From the NCBI GenBank assembly GCA_964393205.1, contig CAYMSV010000003.1, forward strand, positions 98,608 through 162,607: 64,000 nt of DNA, read 5' to 3'. The DNA is from an uncultured Pseudomonadales bacterium. Lineage in GTDB: Bacteria; Patescibacteriota; Microgenomatia; UBA1400; PJMF01. The notes under the pieces were generated by a model. It made no database searches. It was not told where the DNA came from and was given only the letters and a program-made list of their open reading frames with translations. A program made the position numbers and the translations under genes. Of the stretch, positions 27,218 to 37,195 are shown one piece after another. Numbering within the stretch: position 1 is the stretch's first letter; the number at the start of each line of letters is the position of its first letter.

Positions 27218-27583
27218 ATGGCTAGAAAAGATTTTTTAAAAAACGACCAGACCATTTTTGTTGATCAGGCTCCTCTGTGGCAAAGAGCATCTCAAAAAAA
27301 GATGGGCTTAAAAGAAAATTTGACAAGAAACAGGAATTTAAAGCCATTTTATTTTTTAATGGCAGGAGTTTTTTTATTATTTGCCTTATATATCATCCTT
27401 TTTTTCATTCCTAAAAGAAACAATCAAGCAGAAATAGTTGAACCTAGTGTGGAGGAGGAATTACTAGAAGCTCATCCATTGGAGCAAAGGATAGAGGTCC
27501 TTCAAGAAGATTTAAAAGCGGCAGATCCCACCAGACAGACATTAGCTTTTCCTAATGTAAATTTAAAGATCAGTTTTCCCTAA
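27218..27583 (+). CDS. Hypothetical bitopic membrane protein
   Basis: Single central TM, in-operon spacing. Confidence 0.7.
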   Translation: MARKDFLKNDQTIFVDQAPLWQRASQKKMGLKENLTRNRNLKPFYFLMAGVFLLFALYIILFFIPKRNNQAEIVEPSVEEELLEAHPLEQRIEVLQEDLKAADPTRQTLAFPNVNLKISFP

Positions 27584-27604
27584 AATTTGCTACAATTAAT
27601 TACT

Positions 27605-28159
27605 ATGTTAATTAACTTATCAGAACACCAGCATCGTTTTACTAAAGCTATAGAGCACTTTAAAAAAGAATTAAATTCTTTAAGAACGGGTCGAGCTTCA
27701 GTACAGTTATTAGATTCAGTAAAAGTAGAGGCTTACGGAAGCCATATGTCTCTTACAGAAGTAGCTAATATTTCTGTGCCAGATTCACAATTAATTGTCA
27801 TTAAACCTTGGGATAAGAGTTTGTTGCCCGCCATAGAAAAGGCTATTCAAAGCGCTCAGCTTAATCTTAATCCTGTAGTAGATAAAGAACTGATTAGGGT
27901 GCCGGTGCCAGCTTTAACTGCAGAGCGTCGTCAAGAAATGGTAAAAGTTCTTCATCAACGAGCTGAGGAGGCTCGAGTAATGTTAAGGCAAATCAGAGCT
28001 GATATACGCAAGGATATTGAAAAACAAGAAGGAGAAGCTGGAGTTAGCGAAGATGATTTAAAGATTAGGTTTGCAGAGCTTGAAGATTTGGTAAAAGAGC
28101 ATATGAATGAGATTGAAGAGTTAGTTACTGCTAAAGAAAAAGACTTATTAACCATTTAA
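27605..28159 (+). CDS. frr: Ribosome recycling factor
   Basis: LRTGRAS, VEAYG, IKPWDK, PALTAERRQE. ATG at 27605 follows the extended -10 TGCTACAAT at 27588-27596. Confidence 0.96.
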   Translation: MLINLSEHQHRFTKAIEHFKKELNSLRTGRASVQLLDSVKVEAYGSHMSLTEVANISVPDSQLIVIKPWDKSLLPAIEKAIQSAQLNLNPVVDKELIRVPVPALTAERRQEMVKVLHQRAEEARVMLRQIRADIRKDIEKQEGEAGVSEDDLKIRFAELEDLVKEHMNEIEELVTAKEKDLLTI

Positions 28160-28161
28160 TT

Positions 28162-29307
28162 ATGTTTGAAATAATTGTATTTGCTCTAGTTTTATCTTTT
28201 TTGGTTTTAATTCATGAATTGGGTCATTATTTATTGGCTCGTAAAAATAAAATTAAAATTAAAGAGTTCGGCTTGGGTTATCCTCCACGAGTTTTTAAAC
28301 TTTTTACTTATCAGGGCACAGTTTTTTCTCTTAACGCTATTCCTTTTGGTGGTTTTGTACAACTTGAAGGAGAAAATGGTCCGGAAAAAAAACAGATGGC
28401 TATTAATAAAAAAAATAAAGATAAAAAATGGGGACCATTTTTTAGCAAATCAATTTCAGCTCGCCTACAAACTCTTTTAGCAGGAGCAGCTTTTAATTTT
28501 CTATTTGGCATCTTAGCTTTTAGCGTGATTTTTTCCAAAACCGGTATTCCTAGAGAATTAGTTCAACAAGCTAGAATTTATGACCTCATTGAAGATTCTC
28601 CAGCTATTGAAGCAGGCTTAAATAAAAACACCAACATAATAGCTTTTTATAGTGAAAACGATCAGCAGTGGATAAAAGTTAATGAGATTAGTGAAGTTCA
28701 GGATTATGTAGCCAATCATTTGGGGGAAGAGGTAATTATAAGAACCACGGAAAGCTGTGAGGTCACTTCTTGTCCAGAAGATTATCAAGATTATCAAATT
28801 TATTTGCGTCAGGAGAGTGAGCGGTCAGATTCTGAAGGAGCTATGGGGGTGGTTTTTACTACTGTTGTATATGAACATTACCCTTGGTATTTGGCAGCAA
28901 TCAAGGGCACCTTATATGGTTTTAGAGAAGCTCTGCTTTTAGGTTTATTGATTTTGCAAGCTTTGGGGACCTTAATAATTAATTTGGTTCGAGGACAATC
29001 AGTTGCTATGGATGTAGCTGGACCTGTAGGAATAGTGCATCAGGCCCAAACCTATGGTTTTTTTGATGGTGGTTGGTTAAACATTTTAAGCTTTGCTGCT
29101 TTGCTGTCAATTAATTTAGGGGTTATGAATCTACTACCTATACCTGCACTAGATGGTGGTCGAGCTATTTTTGTTCTTTTGGAAAAAATAACTGCAAAAG
29201 AAAAAATCGAAAAGATTGCCAATTGGGCCAACTATGTAGGTTTTTTTATTTTAATTTTATTAATGGTGTTTGTTTCAATTAATGATGTAATGAAACTTTT
29301 TACTTAA
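28162..29307 (+). CDS. rseP: Site-2 intramembrane metalloprotease (M50, RseP-like)
   Basis: HELGH, IPFGGFV, NLLPIPALDGG. Confidence 0.92.
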   Translation: MFEIIVFALVLSFLVLIHELGHYLLARKNKIKIKEFGLGYPPRVFKLFTYQGTVFSLNAIPFGGFVQLEGENGPEKKQMAINKKNKDKKWGPFFSKSISARLQTLLAGAAFNFLFGILAFSVIFSKTGIPRELVQQARIYDLIEDSPAIEAGLNKNTNIIAFYSENDQQWIKVNEISEVQDYVANHLGEEVIIRTTESCEVTSCPEDYQDYQIYLRQESERSDSEGAMGVVFTTVVYEHYPWYLAAIKGTLYGFREALLLGLLILQALGTLIINLVRGQSVAMDVAGPVGIVHQAQTYGFFDGGWLNILSFAALLSINLGVMNLLPIPALDGGRAIFVLLEKITAKEKIEKIANWANYVGFFILILLMVFVSINDVMKLFT

Positions 29308-29346
29308 AAATTTCTCTGTAAAAACTATTTTAAAAACAAAATATTT

Positions 29347-29595
29347 ATGGCAAAAAAACGAAGAAAAGCTGATAAAATTCATGCTCAAAAGCTTCTTAAA
29401 AAGAAAGTAGTTAAACAAAAAGTTTCTAAAAAATTTACAGGTAAAGTAAAAGAAGAATTAAAAATTGAAAAAGAAAAAATAGCAACTTTATTTAACTATG
29501 ATCCTCGCTTAATCGCCACAGATTTAAAAAAAACTTTATTAATTACTCTAGTAGTTTTACTAGTTTTAGCTTTGATAGCTTTGCGTTATACTTAG
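29347..29595 (+). CDS. Small basic tail-anchored membrane protein
   Basis: Lys-rich body and one C-terminal TM. Confidence 0.7.
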   Translation: MAKKRRKADKIHAQKLLKKKVVKQKVSKKFTGKVKEELKIEKEKIATLFNYDPRLIATDLKKTLLITLVVLLVLALIALRYT

Positions 29596-29626
29596 GATTG
29601 TCTAATTTTAGAAAGGTAGTAAAAAT

Positions 29627-30817
29627 ATGTCTAAGAAAAATTTAATTATTTTATTAATTTTTTATCTATTTTCTAGCGTTTTGTCTTTTTTCGCTTTTTC
29701 TTATTTTGGTGAAGGAGCGATAGCTCTTAATCAGGCTCAACAAGAAGAAGAAAAAGAATCTCTGTTGGCTGGTTTATTAAATATAGACCCCAATGAAGCT
29801 CTTGATCAAGCTTGTCCCCTAAACGGTAAATATTATACTTTGACTGAAAGAAACGCTTGGGAGACTAGGCGTCCTTTATTTGTCATGATTGAAAACGCTC
29901 CTGATGCTCGTCCACATTCTGGTCTAAGTAGAGCGGATGTGGTTTTTGAAGCAGTGGCAGAGGGTGGAGTTACTCGCTTTGGGGCTTTATATTACTGTGC
30001 AGCACAAAATGAAAACGTAGTGATTGCTCCAGTGCGCAGTGCTCGTACCTATTTTGTAGATTGGGCTTCAGGATTTAATTTACCAATGTATGTTCATGTT
30101 GGTGGTGCTAATTTACCTGGACCAACCAATGCTTTAGGGCAAATTGCTGATTACGGTTGGCGGGGAGAGAATGATATTGATCAGTTTTCAGTTGGTTATC
30201 CTACTTTTGTTCGCAATTATAATCGCGTTCCTGGAAAAACTGTGGCAACTGAACACACTATGCAAAGCGAAACAGAAGCTTTATGGGAAGTAGCTGAAAA
30301 AAGGGAGTGGACTAATCTTACTCCGGAAAGAATAGTTAATCGAAAAACTATTGCCGCAGCTGCTTGGCAAGATGCTTATCAGGGTTGGGTTTTTGAGGAT
30401 GAGCCTGGAAGTCCGGGTTTAATCCAAAAAGTTAGTTATGATTTTTGGACTGGTTATAATCAGTATTCAGTCGAATGGAATTATGATCAGGAGCTAGATG
30501 CATATAAGCGCAGCAATGCGGGTGAATTACAAATAGATTTGAATAACGATGAAGAACTGGCTTTTAGCAATGTAGTTGTTTTATTTACTACAGAAAAGGG
30601 TCCTATTAACGAACTCAAACACATGATCTATGGAACTACAGGTAGGGGTAAGGCCTTGATTTTTAAACATGGCCAGTCTCCAATTGAGGTCAATTGGAAT
30701 AAACTTAGCCGAGAAGCAGAATTAGAATTTACTGATGTTCGAGGTAAGGCAGTGGAATTAGCGCGTGGACCAATTTGGATTAGTGTTTTAGCTAACGGGA
30801 GTGAAGTCAGTTATTAA
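29627..30817 (+). CDS. DUF3048 (YerB-like) protein
   Basis: VMIEN.PDARP.SGL..ADVVFEAVAEGGVTRF, PVRSARTYF. Confidence 0.9.
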   Translation: MSKKNLIILLIFYLFSSVLSFFAFSYFGEGAIALNQAQQEEEKESLLAGLLNIDPNEALDQACPLNGKYYTLTERNAWETRRPLFVMIENAPDARPHSGLSRADVVFEAVAEGGVTRFGALYYCAAQNENVVIAPVRSARTYFVDWASGFNLPMYVHVGGANLPGPTNALGQIADYGWRGENDIDQFSVGYPTFVRNYNRVPGKTVATEHTMQSETEALWEVAEKREWTNLTPERIVNRKTIAAAAWQDAYQGWVFEDEPGSPGLIQKVSYDFWTGYNQYSVEWNYDQELDAYKRSNAGELQIDLNNDEELAFSNVVVLFTTEKGPINELKHMIYGTTGRGKALIFKHGQSPIEVNWNKLSREAELEFTDVRGKAVELARGPIWISVLANGSEVSY

Positions 30818-30834
30818 TTAAGTTTGTTTTAAAG

Positions 30835-30859
30835 AAGCCGGTTTTCACCGGCTTTTTTT
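30835..30859 (+). terminator. Rho-independent terminator
   Basis: Stem AAGCCGGT-TTTC-ACCGGCTT followed by a T run, just after the DUF3048 stop. Confidence 0.8.
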
Positions 30860-30954
30860 ATTTATTGTTTCATTTTATTACTTGTTTTTTTATCTTCATT
30901 AACTTAGAATTGAGTAAATTTTTGTTTCAAGAAAAAAACTAAAAAAGGAAACAC

Positions 30955-31554
30955 ATGTCTTGTCTAAATGACTTATTAGTATCAAAAGTTAGAGTTAAAG
31001 TTTTAGAATTATTTTATAAGAATCCTGAAGAAATGTATTATGTTAGAGAGATTACTCGTCTCATTAAAGAAGAAATTAATGCTGTTAGACGAGAATTAGA
31101 GCGTATGCTCGAATGCGGTTTATTAAAAAGTGAACAACGGGGAAACCGCTTGTATTACTATTTAAATAAGCGCTATCTTTATCATCAAGAATTACAGAGA
31201 GTTGTTGCTAAAAGCACTGGCTTGGGTAAAAAAATTCGTCGTTATAGACGCAAACTCGGTTCTCTTTCTTACGTGATGTTTTCTGGAACTTTTGCCAGTC
31301 GTCAGCAAGCGCGTCCAGATGAGTTAGATATTTTATTGGTTGGTGATGTTGTTTTACCAGAGTTAGATGCAATAATTAAAGCAGAGCAAAAAGAGTTAGG
31401 AAGAGAAATTAATTATGCAGTGCTTAATGCAGACGAATTTGAATTTAGAAAAACCAGAAGAGATCCTTTTGTTATGGAGGTTTTATATGGGGTTAGAGTG
31501 ATGATTATTGGTGATGAAAATGAGTTTTGTCATCGTGATATGCCAACCAGCTAA
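30955..31554 (+). CDS. Winged-HTH plus degenerate minimal nucleotidyltransferase protein (putative regulator)
   Basis: wHTH (YYVREITRL..EINAVRRELE..GLL..GNRLYY) followed by FSGTF...ELDILLVG. Confidence 0.82.
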   Translation: MSCLNDLLVSKVRVKVLELFYKNPEEMYYVREITRLIKEEINAVRRELERMLECGLLKSEQRGNRLYYYLNKRYLYHQELQRVVAKSTGLGKKIRRYRRKLGSLSYVMFSGTFASRQQARPDELDILLVGDVVLPELDAIIKAEQKELGREINYAVLNADEFEFRKTRRDPFVMEVLYGVRVMIIGDENEFCHRDMPTS

Positions 31555-31578
31555 TTATAAATTTTATAGATTATTTTT

Positions 31579-32973
31579 ATGAATAAAAAATCAAAAGGTC
31601 GAAGTCTTTTTTTGATTTTTTTGCTAAGTATCATTGCTGCTTATATTGCTTTTCCAGATCGTTTGAAATTTGATCAGATTATTTTAAGTAGACGCGTTCA
31701 GTTTGAAATTAATAAAAAACCGATTGATTTTTATTTTTGGGGTAAACGAGTATATAAAGATTTTCAACTAAAAAAGGGCTTGGATATTCAGGGAGGAATG
31801 CAGGTAGTCTTGCGGGCTAGGGTAGATCAAATTGATCCAGAAGACAGAGAAATTGCTCTAGAGTCGGCTAGAAATATTATTAGTCGCAGGGTTGACCTAT
31901 ATGGAATTAGTGAACCAAGTATTCAGACTGCTCGTTTAGAAGACGAATATCGTCTTATTGTTGAACTCCCTGGTGTTGATGATCCTCAAGAGGCTCTAGA
32001 TTTAGTTGGTCAAACTGCACAATTAGAATTTAGATTAGAGAAAAAGTTAAGTGAAGAAGAATTGGCAATAGCTACGCAATCAGCCTTAGTGTGGGATGAA
32101 TACTTTGAAAATACGGGTTTAACAGGACAACAATTAAAAAGAGCGCAGGTGCAATTTGATCAACAAAGTGCCAATCCCATCATTGCTTTAGAGTTTAATG
32201 ATGAAGGACGAGAGCTTTTTGCTGATATTACTAAAAATAATTTAAATGAGATTTTAGCCATTTTTATTGATGGTTCGCCGGTGGTAACACCAACTATTTC
32301 AAACGCTATTTTAGATGGACGAGCGGTAATGACTGGTGATTTTAGTGTTGAGGAAGCCAAGAATTTAGCCATTCAGTTAAATGCTGGAGCACTACCAGTA
32401 AATATTGAAGTTTTAGAACAAAAGAATGTTGGGGCTAGTTTAGGGGATGAATCAGTAAGAAAAAGTATTAATGCGGGTATAGTGGGCTTATGTTTAGTAA
32501 TTTTATTTATGATTTTGTATTACGGTTGGTTGGGAGTAATTTCTTCTTTAGCTCTTATTATTTATGCAGTTTTAACTCTTGCTATTTATAAAGTTATAGG
32601 TGTCGTTTTAACTTTACCAGGAATTGCTGGTCTAATTTTAACGATTGGAATGGCAGTGGATGCAAATATTTTAATTTTTGAAAGAATGAAGGAAGAACAG
32701 CGAGCTGGTTCAAGTTATGCCGAATCAATGGAATTGGGTTTTGGTCGAGCCTGGGACAGCATTAAGGACGCTAACTTAGCTTCAATTATTACGGCTCTAG
32801 TATTGATTAATCCTCTCAACTTTTCTTTTTTGAATACTAGTGGCTTAGTTAAAGGATTTGGTGTTACCTTTTTACTAGGAAGCTTAATAAGCATGTTTAC
32901 TGGTGTCCTCGTATCAAGAGTTTTGGTAAGACAACTAATGCCGATTATTAAACCTAAGGAATTTAAATCATGA
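31579..32973 (+). CDS. secD: Protein translocase subunit SecD
   Basis: GLDIQGG, VELPGV, LNAGALP, GMAVDANILIFER. Confidence 0.96.
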   Translation: MNKKSKGRSLFLIFLLSIIAAYIAFPDRLKFDQIILSRRVQFEINKKPIDFYFWGKRVYKDFQLKKGLDIQGGMQVVLRARVDQIDPEDREIALESARNIISRRVDLYGISEPSIQTARLEDEYRLIVELPGVDDPQEALDLVGQTAQLEFRLEKKLSEEELAIATQSALVWDEYFENTGLTGQQLKRAQVQFDQQSANPIIALEFNDEGRELFADITKNNLNEILAIFIDGSPVVTPTISNAILDGRAVMTGDFSVEEAKNLAIQLNAGALPVNIEVLEQKNVGASLGDESVRKSINAGIVGLCLVILFMILYYGWLGVISSLALIIYAVLTLAIYKVIGVVLTLPGIAGLILTIGMAVDANILIFERMKEEQRAGSSYAESMELGFGRAWDSIKDANLASIITALVLINPLNFSFLNTSGLVKGFGVTFLLGSLISMFTGVLVSRVLVRQLMPIIKPKEFKS

Positions 32974-33863
32974 ATTTGATGAAATATAAAAAAATTTTCT
33001 TTTTAATTTCAGCTTTTTTTCTTGTGCCGGGATTAATTTCTCTGGCTCTTTTTGGTTTAAAACCAGCTATAGATTTTACTGGAGGTAGCTTAATGGAGAT
33101 TGAATTCTTAGAAGAGGAAAAATTAAGTACTTACCAAGAAGAAAGTTTCAAAGATAGTCTGAGGGAGATTTTTGAAATTAATACAATTCAGTTGACTGGT
33201 GAAAACAATTTAATAATAAAGGGTAAAGAGATCAGTAATGAAAATAAGGATATTGTTCTGGAAACTATTAGTCAACAATATGGAGAATTGGAGCTGTTAC
33301 GTTTTGAGAGTGTTGGTCCACTTTTAGGCAAAGAACTGTTGAAGAAAACTTTCACAGCTATACTTTTAGTATCTGGGGTGATTATTTTTTATATCTGGCG
33401 ACAATTTAACGAAATAAAGTATGGGATTTCGGCAGTGCTGGCCATGTTTCATGACTCTCTAATTTTGATCGGAATTTTTAGTTTATTGGGTTATTTTAAG
33501 GGAGTTGAAGTTGATTTGTTATTTGTGACTGCAGTATTAACTACCTTGTCTTTTTCTATTCATGACACAGTTGTTGTTTACAATCGTATTAGAGAATTGC
33601 AAAAAAAACACAAACATCTCTCTCTAACCGCAATTGCTAATGCAGCTGTTTGGAAAACTTTAGGTAGATCAATAAATGATTCAGTAACCATCATTTTAAT
33701 GTTGCTTTCTTTAGTTTTACTTGGAGGTGAAAGTATTCGCTATTTTTCTTTAGCGCTGTTAATAGGTGCTATTACTGGTACCTATTCAAGTACTTTTACT
33801 GCTGTACCAATATTGTTAATTTGGGAAGAAATCGTAGATCGTCGTAAAAATAAAGAAAAATAG
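32970..33863 (+). CDS. secF: Protein translocase subunit SecF
   Basis: IDFTGG, VGPLLGKEL, DTVVVYNRIRE, GTYSS. Confidence 0.95.
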   Translation: MNLMKYKKIFFLISAFFLVPGLISLALFGLKPAIDFTGGSLMEIEFLEEEKLSTYQEESFKDSLREIFEINTIQLTGENNLIIKGKEISNENKDIVLETISQQYGELELLRFESVGPLLGKELLKKTFTAILLVSGVIIFYIWRQFNEIKYGISAVLAMFHDSLILIGIFSLLGYFKGVEVDLLFVTAVLTTLSFSIHDTVVVYNRIRELQKKHKHLSLTAIANAAVWKTLGRSINDSVTIILMLLSLVLLGGESIRYFSLALLIGAITGTYSSTFTAVPILLIWEEIVDRRKNKEK

Positions 33864-33866
33864 TTT

Positions 33867-35486
33867 TTATTTTTTATTTTCAGCCAAAAATTTTTTTGCT
33901 TCAGCAATTAATAGATTTTTTTTATTGAGTTCGGGATTCTGTAAAACTTTTTCCAAAAGTTGTTTAAGAATTTGACCGACAATTGGGCTAGCTTTGATTT
34001 TTAAATTTTTAATCAAATCTTGACCGTTGACTGCTAAGTCACTTAAATCCATGGGTTGATTGAGTTGTTCAATAATTCGATCTTTAAATTCTTCTAGTCT
34101 CCAGCTAGTTTTTTTAGCACCACTTCCCAAGCGATCTCCTTCTCTCAGGTCTAGAATATCATCAATATTTTCCAATCCCACCTTCTTAATAAAGCGACGA
34201 ATTGAGGCATCAGTGTGTTCAGGTTGATAATAAAACATGTGATAGCGAACTAGAATGAATACTCGTTGAACATCCTTTTTAGCCAAACGAAGCCTTTTAG
34301 CAATTTTACTGGCAACTCTAGAGCCAGAGACCTCATGATTATAAAAAGTAATTTCTTTGTTTTTTTCAGAATAAGTTTCTGGTTTTCCGACATCATGTAA
34401 AAGAGCTGCTAGGCGAACGACTGGATCCTGACTGGGACAAGCCTCAAGAGCATCAAGACTATGAATCCAAACGTCAGTCGTGTGATGTCCTGGTTGATCC
34501 ATGTTTTTACCCAATTTTAATTCTGGAACAATATAATCTAATAAGCCAGTTTCATCCAAGAGTCTAATACCATCTGCTGGATGAGGAGAAGCCAAAATTT
34601 TCATAAACTCAGCGCCAATTCTTTCGAAACTAACAAAGGGTAATAAGTCTTTATTATTTTTAATTGATAAGTAAGTTTCCTTTTCTATTTTCATGTTTAA
34701 TTGAACAGCTAAGCGAACAGCTCTGAGCATTCTCAAGGCATCTTCTTTGAATCTTTGATCTGCTTGGCCAACAGTTCTAATGAGCTTATTTTTTAAGTCC
34801 TGATAGCCTCGGTATTCATCAATTAGTTGCCAATCATTTACTTCGGGCTGATAATATTCTTGGATATTTTTTTGTTTATCAAATATTTTTTCTAAATAAC
34901 TGTTGTTTATGTCTATAGCCATAGCGTTAACAGTAAAATCGCGCCTACTTAAGTCATCTTTAATATTTTTCCCCCAAACCACAGTCTCTGGTCGACGATG
35001 ATCTGAATAATTACCATCACTGCGGAAGGTGGTAATTTCAAAAGGAGGAAGCTTAGCTTTTTCTGATTTGTTTTCCAAAATTTTTTTAGAAGAATCTGCT
35101 TTATTTTTTAAAGATGCGTGAATTTTTTTAGCTTTTTTTAAATTAATAATTTTTTTAGCTTGATCACTTTTTATAAATTCTTTTTCTTTATCCAACAATC
35201 TTTTATATAAATTTTTCTTTGGTAATTTAAAGCCTCGATCAATTATTTGCTTTATCAAATTTTCGTGAGTAATGCTGACGGTGCCAAATGAGTTTTCATA
35301 AAAACTTTTTGAAAAGACTTTTTGTATTTCTTGAGGATTAGCACTAGTAGTAAAATCAAAATCTTTAACTTCTTCTTGTTTAAGAATAAGATCTCTGACT
35401 GCTCCACCAACCACATAAGCTTCAAAACCAGCTTGTTTAAGTCTATAAATAATGAAAAGAGATTCAAATGGTAAATTCAGCTTCAT
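33867..35486 (-). CDS. cca: CCA-adding tRNA nucleotidyltransferase with HD domain
   Basis: VGGAVRD, DFD, RRDFTVNAMA, EDALRMLR, ER, LLHDVGK. Confidence 0.9.
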   Translation of the reverse strand: MKLNLPFESLFIIYRLKQAGFEAYVVGGAVRDLILKQEEVKDFDFTTSANPQEIQKVFSKSFYENSFGTVSITHENLIKQIIDRGFKLPKKNLYKRLLDKEKEFIKSDQAKKIINLKKAKKIHASLKNKADSSKKILENKSEKAKLPPFEITTFRSDGNYSDHRRPETVVWGKNIKDDLSRRDFTVNAMAIDINNSYLEKIFDKQKNIQEYYQPEVNDWQLIDEYRGYQDLKNKLIRTVGQADQRFKEDALRMLRAVRLAVQLNMKIEKETYLSIKNNKDLLPFVSFERIGAEFMKILASPHPADGIRLLDETGLLDYIVPELKLGKNMDQPGHHTTDVWIHSLDALEACPSQDPVVRLAALLHDVGKPETYSEKNKEITFYNHEVSGSRVASKIAKRLRLAKKDVQRVFILVRYHMFYYQPEHTDASIRRFIKKVGLENIDDILDLREGDRLGSGAKKTSWRLEEFKDRIIEQLNQPMDLSDLAVNGQDLIKNLKIKASPIVGQILKQLLEKVLQNPELNKKNLLIAEAKKFLAENKK

Positions 35487-35491
35487 AAGGT

Positions 35492-35500
35492 TATTATAAA
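35492..35500. promoter_or_regulatory. Overlapping divergent -10 elements for cca and recJ
   Basis: 20-bp gap. TATAAT on the minus strand (35493-35498) is 6 nt from the cca ATG; TATTAT/TATAAA on the plus strand precedes the recJ ATG. Confidence 0.5.
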
Positions 35501-35506
35501 AGAACT

Positions 35507-37195
35507 ATGAAGAAATGGCAGTTGCAATCTGATTTATTGGTAAAAGATAAAAAACAACTATCAGCGGTCTTATTAAAAAATCGAGGCATTGATCTTAATT
35601 TAGCCGATAAATTTTTTGATCCGACACGTCCAAAAAAATGGCAATTAAAAAACTTAGATTTTAGTCGTTCTGATTTTAATAAAATAAAAAAACGCCTTGA
35701 TTTGGCTAAAAAAGAAAAAGAAACAGTTTATATTTTTGGTGATTATGATAGTGACGGAGTGTGCGCGAGCGCTATTTTATGGGAGGGCTTGAAATTTTTA
35801 GGTATTAATAGTTTACCCTTTATTCCCAATCGACAAAAGCATGGCTATGGCTTATCTATTAAGGCATTAAAAGACTTATTTAAGCAAAAAGGTAAACCCG
35901 ATTTATTAATAACTGTTGATAACGGCATTGTTGCCCTACCAGCTCTAAAGTTTTTAGCTAAAGAAGGAGTGGAAGTAATAGTGACAGATCACCATCAACC
36001 TGATCAAGAAGAATTGCCAGTTTTAGCTGTTTTTCACTCAACAAGAGTTTGTGGTGCGGCAGTAGCTTGGTTTTTAGTTAAAGAATTATTTAAAACAGTC
36101 GAAGATCAATTAAAAGCCGATAAGAAATTAAACGATTTTTTATCACTAGCAGCAATTGCCACAGTTACTGACTTAATGGAACTACTAGATATAAATAGAA
36201 GTCTAGTTACTCATGGTCTGCTTGCTTTACAAAAAACCAAACGACCCGGTTTATTAGCTCTTTATCAGCTTAGTCGTTTAAAAAAAGAGGATATTAATAG
36301 CTATCATTTAGGTTATGTGCTTGGACCAAGAATTAATGCCATGGGCAGGTTGGCTGATAGCATGGATGCCTTGCGCTTAATTTGTACAAAAAATAAACTT
36401 CAAGCTAAAAAGTTAGCTGCTCTTTTACAAGAAACTAATATTGAGCGTCAAGATTTGACGAAGGATCTAATTGATCAAGCAGAATCATCTTTAAGTAGTA
36501 GAGATAAACAACAAAGTATTATTATTATTGATGGAGATTATCATGAGGGTGTGGTTGGCTTGTTAGCTGGTAAATTAGCTGAAAAATATTTAAAACCGAG
36601 CATAGTTTTATCTGTGTCTAGAACTAAGGACAAGAAGTCAATTATTAAAGCCTCGGCACGTTCTTTAGCTGGATTTAATATTACAGAGTTTTTACGTCAA
36701 GTTGAAGATGAGCTACTCAGTGTTGGTGGACACCCTTTAGCTGCTGGTTTTTCTTTGACCTTGGAAAACCTTGCCTCGGTTAAAAAGAGATTATTTGCTT
36801 TAGCAAAAAAACAAGTGACTGAAACGTCTTTAAATCCACAGATTGTTGTTGATTGTCAAATTTCCACTTCCTTAGTTGAATTAGACACAGCTTTGTTTTT
36901 AGAAAATTTTGAACCTCATGGCAATGCTAATCCACAAGCAATTTTTTTATTGAAAGATTTGCTTTTACAAAACATTCAAAGTTTAGGTAATGAATCTCAG
37001 CACGCCAGATTATTTTTTAGAGCACCTAACTCGAATCAAGAAATAATGGTTTTGTCTTGGAGGGCTTTAGAAAAACATGGTCAACTAGACTTGGGTCAAA
37101 ATTTTGATTTATTGATTACAATGTCTGTCAATCGTTGGCGAGGTCACAGTAAACTGCAGACAACCCTAAGAGCTATTAGAAAATCTAGTTTATAG
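35507..37195 (+). CDS. recJ: ssDNA-specific exonuclease RecJ
   Basis: GDYDSDG, TVDNGI, TDHH, PRINAMGR, GGHPLAAG. Confidence 0.95.
   Translation: MKKWQLQSDLLVKDKKQLSAVLLKNRGIDLNLADKFFDPTRPKKWQLKNLDFSRSDFNKIKKRLDLAKKEKETVYIFGDYDSDGVCASAILWEGLKFLGINSLPFIPNRQKHGYGLSIKALKDLFKQKGKPDLLITVDNGIVALPALKFLAKEGVEVIVTDHHQPDQEELPVLAVFHSTRVCGAAVAWFLVKELFKTVEDQLKADKKLNDFLSLAAIATVTDLMELLDINRSLVTHGLLALQKTKRPGLLALYQLSRLKKEDINSYHLGYVLGPRINAMGRLADSMDALRLICTKNKLQAKKLAALLQETNIERQDLTKDLIDQAESSLSSRDKQQSIIIIDGDYHEGVVGLLAGKLAEKYLKPSIVLSVSRTKDKKSIIKASARSLAGFNITEFLRQVEDELLSVGGHPLAAGFSLTLENLASVKKRLFALAKKQVTETSLNPQIVVDCQISTSLVELDTALFLENFEPHGNANPQAIFLLKDLLLQNIQSLGNESQHARLFFRAPNSNQEIMVLSWRALEKHGQLDLGQNFDLLITMSVNRWRGHSKLQTTLRAIRKSSL

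Noticed and set aside
35050-35270. Insertion in cca considered as an intein or intron
   Set aside because: Frame is continuous, with no Cys/Ser start, His-Asn end, homing endonuclease motif or intron structure.
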